Source: Myxococcales bacterium (lineage in GTDB: Bacteria > Myxococcota > Myxococcia > Myxococcales > 40CM-4-68-19). Taken from it: a stretch of DNA of 47,338 bases. The translations under genes were made by a program, and so were the position numbers. This document shows, piece after piece, positions 21,004 through 28,780 of the stretch (the stretch's first letter is position 1; each line of letters opens with the position of its first letter). The notes under the pieces are model-generated. The model had not been told where the DNA came from. It did no database searches and saw nothing but the letters and a program-made list of their open reading frames with translations. The stretch covers positions 1 through 47,338 of the forward strand of contig DASREU010000297.1 in assembly GCA_035651935.1 (NCBI GenBank). Direction: 5' to 3'.

Positions 21004-22231
21004 TCAGCCGCGCGCCGCGCTTCGAGAACAGGTAGCTCCACACCCACTGCAGGAAGACGGCGAACCGGTTCCGGAAGCCGATCAGGTAGAGGATGTGGAT
21101 GAAGAGCCACGCCAGCCAGGCGATGTATCCGGTGAGGTGGATCTTGCCGACCTGCGCGATCGCCTTGTGCTTGCCGATGGTCGCCATCGTCCCCTTGTCG
21201 CGATAGCGGAACGGCTTTCGCGGCCGCCCCTCGATGGAGGCGAGGATGTTGCGCGCCGCCGCCTTGCCCTCCTGGATCGCCGCAGGCGCGAGGCCCGGCA
21301 CCAGGCCGCGGCCCGGCTCCTCCAGGTGCGCCATGTCGCCGATGACGAACACGTCGGGGTGCCCGGGGATGGAGAGGTCCGGCTCCACCTGCACGCGACC
21401 GGCGCGATCGAGCGCGACGCCCAGCGTACGCCCGAGGCTGGAGGCCTGGACGCCCGCGGCCCAGAAGACGTTCCGCGCCTCGATGCGTTCGCTGCCGACG
21501 CTCACGCCCGCGGCATCGATCGCCGTCACGGCCGAGGAAGTGCGCACCTCGACCCCGAGGCTGCGCAAGTCTTCCTCCGCATGCCGGGAGAGGTCCTCGG
21601 CGAAGGCGGGGAGCACGCGCGGGCCGGCCTCGAGCAGCACCACGCGCGCGCTCCGGGGATCGATGCGCCGGAAATCGCGCACCAGCACCGTGCGGCTGAT
21701 GTCCGCGATGGCGCCGGCCAGCTCCACGCCCGTGGGACCGCCTCCGACCACCACGAAGGTGAGCAGCGCGCGCTGCGCGGCTTCGTCCCGCGAATTCTCC
21801 GCCGTCTCGAAGGCGAAGAGGATGCGCCGGCGGATCTCGGTGGCCTGCTCCAGCGTCTTCAGCCCGGGGGCGAGATCCTCCCATTCGGGGTGTCCGAAGT
21901 AGCTGTGCTGCGCTCCGGAGGCGACGACGAGGAAGTCCCACGAGAGCGCCGGCCCTCCTTCGATCTGCACTCGCTTGCCGGCGAGATCGATCGCGGCGAC
22001 GCGCCCGAGGTGGACGGCGACGTTGGCAGCGCCGGCGAACTGCGCGCGCACCGGAACGGCGATGTCGGCGGGGTTCAGACCGGCGGTGGCGACCTGGTAG
22101 AGCAGCGGCTGGAAGAGATGATGGTTTCTCCGGTCGACCAGGGTGACGTGCACCGCCGCCTTCCGGGCCAGCTCGCGCGCCGCGCTCAAGCCGCCGAATC
22201 CGGCGCCGACGATCAGCACTTCTTTCGCCAT
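20972..22231 (-). CDS. ndh: type II NADH dehydrogenase (NDH-2)
   Basis: Two dinucleotide folds (LIVGAGFGG and VVVGGGPTGVE), HHLFQPLLYQVATAGL, and a C-terminal membrane-anchoring helix region. Confidence 0.92.
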   Translation of the reverse strand: MAKEVLIVGAGFGGLSAARELARKAAVHVTLVDRRNHHLFQPLLYQVATAGLNPADIAVPVRAQFAGAANVAVHLGRVAAIDLAGKRVQIEGGPALSWDFLVVASGAQHSYFGHPEWEDLAPGLKTLEQATEIRRRILFAFETAENSRDEAAQRALLTFVVVGGGPTGVELAGAIADISRTVLVRDFRRIDPRSARVVLLEAGPRVLPAFAEDLSRHAEEDLRSLGVEVRTSSAVTAIDAAGVSVGSERIEARNVFWAAGVQASSLGRTLGVALDRAGRVQVEPDLSIPGHPDVFVIGDMAHLEEPGRGLVPGLAPAAIQEGKAAARNILASIEGRPRKPFRYRDKGTMATIGKHKAIAQVGKIHLTGYIAWLAWLFIHILYLIGFRNRFAVFLQWVWSYLFSKRGARLITARDWHLPS

Positions 22232-22261
22232 CGGTCGCGACCACTACTACACTCGACGCCG

Positions 22262-23428
22262 ATGGGAATCCGTCATCCCGGCGAAGTGTCGTGGCTCGAG
22301 ATCGACGCCAACGCGCTGGCGCACAATGCCCGGGTGTTTCGCGAAATGCTCGGCGCCGGCGTGCGCCTGGGCGGCGTCCTCAAGGGGAACGCGTACGGGC
22401 ACGGGTTCGCCGAGACGCTCCCGCCCGCTCACGCGGCCTGCGATGCGCTCTTCCTGATCGAGGCGCGCGACGCGCTGGCGGTCCGAGCATTCGAGGCCCG
22501 GACCTCGGCCGTCCGCCGGCCGGTGCTGGTGCTCGGCGCCGTCGATGCCGACGAGGCGGTGGAGCTCGCGCGCGCCGGCGTCGACGTGGCGCTCACCGAC
22601 GCCGGCCAGGCGCGGTTCATCCCGGCGCTCCGCGCGGCCGGGGTGCGGCTGCGCGGCCAGATCCACCTCGACACCGGGCTCGGCCGGGAAGGATTCATGC
22701 CCGATGAGATCCCTTCCGCCTTGCAGTGGATCGCGCCGGACGCCATCGAGGTGACGGGAGTCTTGTCGCACTTCGCCAACATCGAGGACGTGACCGAGCA
22801 GAGCTACGCCGCCCGGCAGCTGGCCGCGTTCGAGGAAGGGGTGCGGCGTGTGCGCGAGGCGCTGGGGCTGACGGGGCCGCTCGAGCGGCACATCGCCGCC
22901 AGCGCCGCGGCGCTGCTGCTCCCGGCCGCGCAAAAGGACGTGGTCCGGATCGGCATCTCGCTCTACGGGCTCTGGCCTTCGAACGAGACGCGGCTCTCGG
23001 CGCACGCCCTGCTCGGCCGGGTCCCGGAGCTGCGCCCTGCGCTCTCCTGGCGCTGCCGGAGCCAGCTCACCAAGTGGCTCCCGGCGGGAAGCTACGTCGG
23101 CTACGGCTGCACGTATCGATGCCCGACGCGGATGAGGATCGCCGTCCTGCCCCTCGGATACTACGACGGGTACCCGCGCCTGCTCTCCTCGCGCGCACAC
23201 GTGCTGGTGAACGGGCAGCGCTGCCCCGTCCTCGGGCGGGTGATGATGAACCACACGGTGATCGACGTGACCGGCGCGGCGCAGCCGGAAGGCGTGGTGA
23301 CGGCGACGCTGCTCGGCCGCGACGGGGACGAGCAGGTGTCCGCCGATCAGCTCGCCATCTGGGCGCAAACCATCAACTACGAGGTGGTGACGCGAATCGG
23401 CGCGCATCTGCGACGCATTGTGATCTAG
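22262..23428 (+). CDS. alr: alanine racemase
   Basis: PLP-lysine motif GVLKGNAYGHG, plus GYGCTY, LPLGYYDGYPR and NYEVVTRI. The ATG lies 30 nt from the divergent ndh ATG. Confidence 0.92.
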   Translation: MGIRHPGEVSWLEIDANALAHNARVFREMLGAGVRLGGVLKGNAYGHGFAETLPPAHAACDALFLIEARDALAVRAFEARTSAVRRPVLVLGAVDADEAVELARAGVDVALTDAGQARFIPALRAAGVRLRGQIHLDTGLGREGFMPDEIPSALQWIAPDAIEVTGVLSHFANIEDVTEQSYAARQLAAFEEGVRRVREALGLTGPLERHIAASAAALLLPAAQKDVVRIGISLYGLWPSNETRLSAHALLGRVPELRPALSWRCRSQLTKWLPAGSYVGYGCTYRCPTRMRIAVLPLGYYDGYPRLLSSRAHVLVNGQRCPVLGRVMMNHTVIDVTGAAQPEGVVTATLLGRDGDEQVSADQLAIWAQTINYEVVTRIGAHLRRIVI

Positions 23429-23440
23429 TGTGTGCGCTTC

Positions 23441-23860
23441 ATGGCTACGGCACTGAAGGTCGGCGAGGACATCGACGCATGGTGCACCCGCTGCAAGATG
23501 AGTCTGGGGCACACCATCCTGGCGATCGTCTCCGGACGCCCTGCCCGGGTGCGCTGCAATACCTGCCAGGGTGAGCACAACTACCGCGGCAGCAGCGCCG
23601 CGCCGCCGAAGAAGGGCTCCTGGGAGCCGCGCGAGGTGCGCGAGCGCAGGGAGGCGAAGCCCGCCGTCACCAGCTGGGAGGCGCTGCTCGCCGGCAAGGA
23701 CCTCGGGCGCGCGCGCAAGTACTCGGCGAAGGAGAAGTACGCGGCGGACGAGGTGATCCAGCATCCGTCCTTCGGAGTGGGGCTCGTGCAGGAGGTCCGG
23801 GGCGACAAGATCCAGGTCGCCTTCAAGGCCGACGTGAAGACGCTCGTCCACGGGAAGTAG
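23441..23860 (+). CDS. zinc-ribbon protein with C-terminal SH3/Tudor-like segment, unknown function
   Basis: CxxC...CxxC arrangement (CTRCKM...CNTCQGEH), a basic linker, and C-terminal VIQHPSFGVGLVQEVRGDKIQVAF. ATG at 23441, with an alternative GTG at 23432. Starts 13 nt after the alr stop. Confidence 0.6.
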   Translation: MATALKVGEDIDAWCTRCKMSLGHTILAIVSGRPARVRCNTCQGEHNYRGSSAAPPKKGSWEPREVRERREAKPAVTSWEALLAGKDLGRARKYSAKEKYAADEVIQHPSFGVGLVQEVRGDKIQVAFKADVKTLVHGK

Positions 23861-23877
23861 CCGGCGTCACACCGGCT
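23859..23877. terminator. hairpin between convergent genes (AGCCGG-7 nt-CCGGCT)
   Basis: 6-bp stem and 7-nt loop. The left arm overlaps the TAG of the plus-strand gene (23858-23860) and the loop contains the TCA (stop) of the RluA gene. No U-tract. Confidence 0.25.
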
Positions 23878-24583
23878 CGTCGCCGTAGCGCCGTGCCGCC
23901 CGCAGGAGATCCAGGCAGCGCGCGATGTCGTCGGGGATCGGCGACCCGATCTCCACCCAGCCGCGTCCCCGCGGGTGCGGGATGCGCAACCCAGCGGCGT
24001 GCAGCGGAGTGCGGGAGAGGACGATGCTGCACGGGTCCGGCGCGCCGCTCCAGAGATCGCCGACGCGCAAGGGAAGATCCTCGCCGTAGCGCGGATCGAC
24101 GGCGAGAGCGTGACCGACGGCGGCGAGGTGGACGCGGATCTGGTGCGTGCGCCCGGTCCGCGGCGTGCAGGCGCAGAAGGTGAACGCCCCGAACCGCTCC
24201 TGCGGCGTCACCTGGGTCTCGGCAAGCCGCGCGCCCTTCTCCCGCGCGCGCGCCGTCCGCACCCGGCCTCCGCGGACCTCGACGAGCGGCAGATCGATGC
24301 GCGTGGGTTTCAGCAGATCTCCACGGACCAGCGCGAGGTAGGTCTTCTCGGCGCGGCGGCTCTCGAAAGCGGCGTTGAGGGCCCGGTGCGCGTCGCGCGT
24401 GGCCGCGAAGACCACCACGCCGGAGGTGTCCCGGTCGAGGCGGTGCACCGGCAGCGCGCCCGGCGCGATCTCCCGCACCTCGTCCAGCAGCGACGGCGCT
24501 CGCGGCCCGCGGCCGGGGACGGTGAGGACGCCCGCGGGCTTGTCGATCGCGATCAGGTGCGCGTCCTGGTGCAGGATCCTCAC
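23867..24583 (-). CDS. RluA-family pseudouridine synthase
   Basis: Catalytic motif HRLDRDTSGVVVFA, plus AIDKPAGV and TGRTHQIRVHLA. GTG start at 24583. Confidence 0.9.
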   Translation of the reverse strand: MRILHQDAHLIAIDKPAGVLTVPGRGPRAPSLLDEVREIAPGALPVHRLDRDTSGVVVFAATRDAHRALNAAFESRRAEKTYLALVRGDLLKPTRIDLPLVEVRGGRVRTARAREKGARLAETQVTPQERFGAFTFCACTPRTGRTHQIRVHLAAVGHALAVDPRYGEDLPLRVGDLWSGAPDPCSIVLSRTPLHAAGLRIPHPRGRGWVEIGSPIPDDIARCLDLLRAARRYGDEPV

Positions 24584-24609
24584 AGGCCGCGACGGTAGCA
24601 GACCCTGCC

Positions 24610-25686
24610 GTGACGAATCTGCCGTTCGGCGCGCTCTCTTTCGGGGTACGATCCCGACGGGTGCACTCGCTCCTCCTGCTCCTGATCGCGACCGGCGGAC
24701 CCTTGGGGTTGCGCACGCAAGGCCCGCTGCGCGAGCTCTTCCTCGACGTCACCGGCGCCGATGCGCGCCCGCTCGAGCGGCCGGACTTCGACCTGCGCTG
24801 GAGCATCGCCAACACCTGGAACGAGGGGATGGCCCTGCGGCGCGGGAGCGACTCGGCGAACCAGATGCTCGACGAGCAGGCGGACTCCCTCTCCGCGCGG
24901 GTGCGGGTGCCCTGGTCGGGCTTCGCCCGGGTGTGGACGGCGTTCGAGTGGAAGCTCACCGAGCACTGGGGAGGCTGGAGCGATGCGCCGATCGAGTCGT
25001 GGCATAGCCTGATCGGCTCCTTCAATTACCAGCGCTCGATGTTCCCGCGAAACCAGGTCCATCTCCTCTACACCGACTCGGGCGGGACCGCGTTCGACAT
25101 CCGCTCCGCCACCCTGGCGCCGGGCGATCTCACCACCCGTACGCAGGTGTCCCTGCTGGACGGCCCCGTCGCGCTCGCCGCGCGCTTCGATCTCAAGCTC
25201 CCGATCGGTTCGCTCTCCGCCGCGGGAGGCTCGGGCGGGATCGACGCCGGCGTCGGGATGGTCGCCACCTGGCCCGCGACGTCGTGGCTGACCCTGCACG
25301 GGCTCGCCGCCGTCAGCCGCTTCTCCAACCTCGCTTCGGATACGGCGCTGCAGCCGAAGCGATGGCACTTCACCGGCGAGGTCTCGCTGGAGTTCGAGGT
25401 GTTCGGCAGCACCTTCCTGATCGAGGATCGCATCCTCTCGCCGCTGCTCGAGCCGGGCTGGAGGCCGCCCAGCGCAGTCGACCAGGACGCGCTGCTCTCC
25501 AGCGGCCTCTACGCGGACTTCCGCTCCCACAACCAGATCAGCTTCGGATTCCGCCGCGGCCGGTTTTCGATGTGGCTGAGCGAGGACTTCACCCCGGGCG
25601 CGAATCCCAACAGCGTCCTCACCTGGATGTGGGTCTCCAACGCCCCCGACGTGGTGCTCGGGTTCGCCTTCACGCAGCATTTCTAG
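24610..25686 (+). CDS. putative outer-membrane beta-barrel protein (possibly DUF3187-like)
   Basis: N-terminal signal-like segment (RSRRVHSLLLLLIATGG), alternating hydrophobic/polar strands throughout, and a C-terminus ...GFAFTQHF ending in Phe, as in an OMP beta-signal. The family name is recalled from memory and not verified. Confidence 0.55.
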   Translation: MTNLPFGALSFGVRSRRVHSLLLLLIATGGPLGLRTQGPLRELFLDVTGADARPLERPDFDLRWSIANTWNEGMALRRGSDSANQMLDEQADSLSARVRVPWSGFARVWTAFEWKLTEHWGGWSDAPIESWHSLIGSFNYQRSMFPRNQVHLLYTDSGGTAFDIRSATLAPGDLTTRTQVSLLDGPVALAARFDLKLPIGSLSAAGGSGGIDAGVGMVATWPATSWLTLHGLAAVSRFSNLASDTALQPKRWHFTGEVSLEFEVFGSTFLIEDRILSPLLEPGWRPPSAVDQDALLSSGLYADFRSHNQISFGFRRGRFSMWLSEDFTPGANPNSVLTWMWVSNAPDVVLGFAFTQHF

Positions 25687-25709
25687 CTCGGCGCGGGGTC
25701 GCGCAGCTA
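25684..25709. terminator. hairpin between convergent genes containing both stop codons
   Basis: TAGCT-cg-GCGCG-GGGT-CGCGC-AGCTA, which is 5+5 bp with a 2-nt bulge and a GGGT loop. The outer arms are the TAG stops of the plus gene (25684-86) and the minus gene (25707-09). No U-tract. Confidence 0.3.
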
Positions 25710-27053
25710 AGCGAACTCCTCCAGTTGCCGCACCTCGATCGGGCAGAGGCCGGCGAGGGCGCGGCGCGCGACGTCCGCCTCGCCGACCACGATCAACAGA
25801 TGCCCGTCCCGCGCCGGGGAGAGCTCGGCGGCCATCTCGCGCGCCTGCTCCGCGGTGACCCCGAGCACGCGGCTCCTGTACAGGCGCAGGTGGTCCAGGC
25901 CGACGCCGTCGAGCAGCGCGTCCGCCACCTGCTCGGCCAGGGCCTCGTGGCTCTCCAGCCCGAGCGGGAACAGCCCGGCAAGGAAGCGCCGCGCCTTCTC
26001 CAGCGCGTCCTCCGTCGGGCCCGCAGCCGCGTACGCCCGCATCTTCTCCAGAGCCACGTCGACCAGCTCGCGCAGCGTCTCGTTCTTGGTGAAGCTGGAG
26101 AACACGCTCAGGCCCGCCCGCCGGTTCATGTGCAGGCGGGTGGAGACCGAGTACGAGAGGCCTCGATCGACCCTGATGGCATCGACGAGCAGAGAGGTGA
26201 AGCCTCCCCCGAGCGCGGTATTCGCGACCACCGCCTCGGGATACCGCGGGGTCGACCGCGGCAGCCCGGGCGCCACGATCCGCACCTGGGCCTGCGTGGC
26301 GTCGGGCTTGTGGATCACCACCGCGCGCGCCGGTTGCAACGGCGCGAGAGCGGCAAACTGGAGCGGCGCGCGCTGGCTGCGCCCCGGCCACGACCCGTCG
26401 AACTGGGCCAGCCTGCGCTTGAGCAGATCGATCAGCTCGCGCGGCGTCCGCTGGCCGACCGCCGCCAGCATCCCGCCCTGCTGCTGGTAGCGGGTGGCGT
26501 GGAAGCTGAGCGCGTCCTCGCGCTGGAAGGTATCCACGTCCCGCCGGTATCCCTGCGCCGGATGTCCGTAGGGATGGCCCGGCCCGTACCCGAGAGACAC
26601 CACCGCCCGGCCCGCCACGTTCGCGGGCTCGTCGAGATCGCTCTGCAGGGCCGCGACGCTGCGCCGCCGCGCCGCGGCGACCTCCGCTTCGTCGAACGCG
26701 GGCTCGAGCGCGACCTCCAGCAGGGCGTCGAGCGCGGATTCGGCCAGCTCCGAGGGCACGGTGAGGGCCAGCGCCGCTTCCTCCATCGACACGTCGGCAT
26801 AGAGCTGCGCGCCCATCGACTCGATCATCTCGTCGACGTCGTGCGCGGGGCGCCGCCGCGTGCCACGGCGGAGCAGGTCGATCGTGTACTGCGCAAGGCC
26901 GGCTTTGCCGCGCGGATCCTCGCACGCTCCCGCGGGCAGCGAGAGCCGCACGTGGAAGAGAGGCAGCCCGCGCTTCTGGATCGCGACCAGCGTCAGACCG
27001 GAGGGGAGCTTCTCGATCTGAAGCGGCGGCAGCTCGACGTCGCGGGCGATCAC
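25707..27053 (-). CDS. M16-family peptidase, non-catalytic (beta-like) subunit
   Basis: Insulinase-fold length and pattern, but no HxxEH. GTG 27053 overlaps the stop of the upstream M16 gene (GTGA at 27050-27053). Confidence 0.85.
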   Translation of the reverse strand: MIARDVELPPLQIEKLPSGLTLVAIQKRGLPLFHVRLSLPAGACEDPRGKAGLAQYTIDLLRRGTRRRPAHDVDEMIESMGAQLYADVSMEEAALALTVPSELAESALDALLEVALEPAFDEAEVAAARRRSVAALQSDLDEPANVAGRAVVSLGYGPGHPYGHPAQGYRRDVDTFQREDALSFHATRYQQQGGMLAAVGQRTPRELIDLLKRRLAQFDGSWPGRSQRAPLQFAALAPLQPARAVVIHKPDATQAQVRIVAPGLPRSTPRYPEAVVANTALGGGFTSLLVDAIRVDRGLSYSVSTRLHMNRRAGLSVFSSFTKNETLRELVDVALEKMRAYAAAGPTEDALEKARRFLAGLFPLGLESHEALAEQVADALLDGVGLDHLRLYRSRVLGVTAEQAREMAAELSPARDGHLLIVVGEADVARRALAGLCPIEVRQLEEFA

Positions 27054-28321
27054 TCGGCGGCCTCGCCGGGGAGGAGGGTGACCACGTTCCGGCGATGCGG
27101 CGCGAACGTCTTCTGCGCCACGCGCTGCACGTCCTCCGCGGTGACCGCCGCGTACCGGTCCGGCAGATCGAGCATGGCCCGCCAGCCGCCGAGCATCATC
27201 TCCATCTGCCCGATGGTGTGGGCGCGCCCGTTGCTCGTCGAAAGGCCCCGCAGGAGCTGCGCGCGCACCATGTTCTTCGCCCGGTCCAGCTCCCGCCCGG
27301 AGACCTTCTCGTCACAGATCCGCGCGAGCTCCGCCCAGACGGCGCTCTCCGCGCGCCCGGGGTCCACTCCCGGGTTGAGCTTGAGAGAGACCTCGAACAG
27401 GCCGGGATCGACGCGCCACCCGAAGTAGACCCGCGCGTCGACGCACAGCTCCTGCTCGTACACCAGTGCGCGCTTGAGGCGGGCTCCTTCGCCGGAGCTG
27501 AGCGCCGTCTCGATGAGATCGAGCACCAGCGAGTCGGGATCGTGGCCGGCGGGTCCGCGGAATCCGGCCAAGAGCGCCGGAGCCTGCGACGGGTACCGGA
27601 TGACGGCGCGCCGCTCGCCCTTCTGCGGCGGCTCGCCGGTCGCGACCGGCGGGAGCGCTTCGCCCGCGGGGATCGGGCCGTAGAGCCGCTCGATCTCCCG
27701 CAACGCGCTCGCCGGATCGAAGTCGCCGACCAGCACCAGCGTGCAGTTGTTCGGCGCGTAATAGGTGCGGAAGTAACGCTCGCAGTCGGCGCGGGTGATG
27801 CCCTCGATGTCGCTCATCCAGCCGATCACGGGCCAGTGGTAGGGATGGGCGAGGAAGGCCAGCGCTCCGAGCGCCTCGTCGAGCATCCCGTCGATGTCGT
27901 TGTCGGTGCGGAAGCGCCGCTCCTCCTTCACCACGTCGCGCTCGCGGGCGAGCGAGGCGTCGTCGATCAGCAGCGAGGCCATGCGGTCCGCTTCCAGGTC
28001 GAGCACGAGCGGCAGCGCCTCGGACGCGAAGTCCTCGTAGTAGGCGGTGAGGTCGTTCGAGGTGTACGCGTTCGAGGTGCCACCGGCAGCCTCCAGGCGC
28101 CGGTCGAACTCCTTCGGCCCGTACTTCCTCGAGCCGTTGAACATCATGTGCTCGAAGAGGTGCGAGATGCCCGTGATCCCGGGACGCTCGTTCCGGGATC
28201 CCACGCGGAAGAAGCTGTAGAGCGTGCAGGCGGGGAGCGAGCGATCCGGCAGGAACCGGATCTGCAGCCCGTTCGAGAGGCGATGCTCCTGGACTGGAAA
28301 GTCGTTCTCCGAAAGGCTCAT
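27050..28321 (-). CDS. M16-family zinc peptidase (pitrilysin/insulinase type), catalytic subunit
   Basis: Inverted zinc motif HLFEHMMFNG with a downstream E (NAYTSNDLTAYYE). ATG 28321 gives MSLSENDF and overlaps the HNH stop (ATGA at 28318-28321). Confidence 0.9.
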   Translation of the reverse strand: MSLSENDFPVQEHRLSNGLQIRFLPDRSLPACTLYSFFRVGSRNERPGITGISHLFEHMMFNGSRKYGPKEFDRRLEAAGGTSNAYTSNDLTAYYEDFASEALPLVLDLEADRMASLLIDDASLARERDVVKEERRFRTDNDIDGMLDEALGALAFLAHPYHWPVIGWMSDIEGITRADCERYFRTYYAPNNCTLVLVGDFDPASALREIERLYGPIPAGEALPPVATGEPPQKGERRAVIRYPSQAPALLAGFRGPAGHDPDSLVLDLIETALSSGEGARLKRALVYEQELCVDARVYFGWRVDPGLFEVSLKLNPGVDPGRAESAVWAELARICDEKVSGRELDRAKNMVRAQLLRGLSTSNGRAHTIGQMEMMLGGWRAMLDLPDRYAAVTAEDVQRVAQKTFAPHRRNVVTLLPGEAAE

Positions 28322-28629
28322 CCGTCCTCGCTCTGGGGGTGCAGAGGCTTTCTCATCTGCTGCTCCGCGGGGGTCATCAGCTTCTTCCGGTTGTTGCATT
28401 CCTTGCACGAGGCGACGACGTTGCCCTTCACGCTCCGCCCGCCCCGCGCGACCGGGACCAGGTGGTCCATCGTCAGCTCCCGGGGAGGGACGCTCTTTCC
28501 GCAGAATGCGCAGACGCCGCGCTGGACCCGCCGGCGCCACCACGCCGTCTTGCGCAGGGCACGGGCCTTCTCCCGCTCCCGCGCGACGTGGGCCGGGTCG
28601 GCGTCGATTTCAAACCACTCTTCGGTCAT
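28318..28629 (-). CDS. small HNH endonuclease-domain protein (103 aa)
   Basis: CAFCGK...DHLVPVARGG...NVVASCKECNNRK is a canonical HNH/CCCC zinc-finger core. ATG at 28629. The rest of the 680-aa track ORF is low-complexity antisense to the lipoprotein gene. Confidence 0.85.
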   Translation of the reverse strand: MTEEWFEIDADPAHVAREREKARALRKTAWWRRRVQRGVCAFCGKSVPPRELTMDHLVPVARGGRSVKGNVVASCKECNNRKKLMTPAEQQMRKPLHPQSEDG

Positions 28630-28780
28630 GCGCGGGGGTTGTAACCCGGCCGGGGTAACCTCTTCCACGGCTGGGCAACTCCGTACCCACGAAACGAGCG
28701 CCCGCTCCCCTGCCCGACCCTTGGCACGGAGCGTGTAACTCCCTGCGCCGCGGGAGTGGTGTTTTCGCCGGGGGTGGGGC

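Noticed and set aside
28722-28737. A sigma54-like element TGGCAC-N5-GTGTA about 45 nt upstream of the large lipoprotein gene.
   Set aside because: The -24 element (TGGCAC) is good, but the -12 lacks the conserved GC (GTGT instead of TTGC). No enhancer-binding protein gene is nearby. This is too weak to call without data.
28630-28780. Repeated GTAACC/GTAACT hexamers and small palindromes (GGTTGTAACC, CCGGCCGG) in the divergent region between the HNH and lipoprotein genes, considered as regulator sites.
   Set aside because: These are short motifs that could arise by chance. There is no clear dyad spacing or identifiable cognate regulator.
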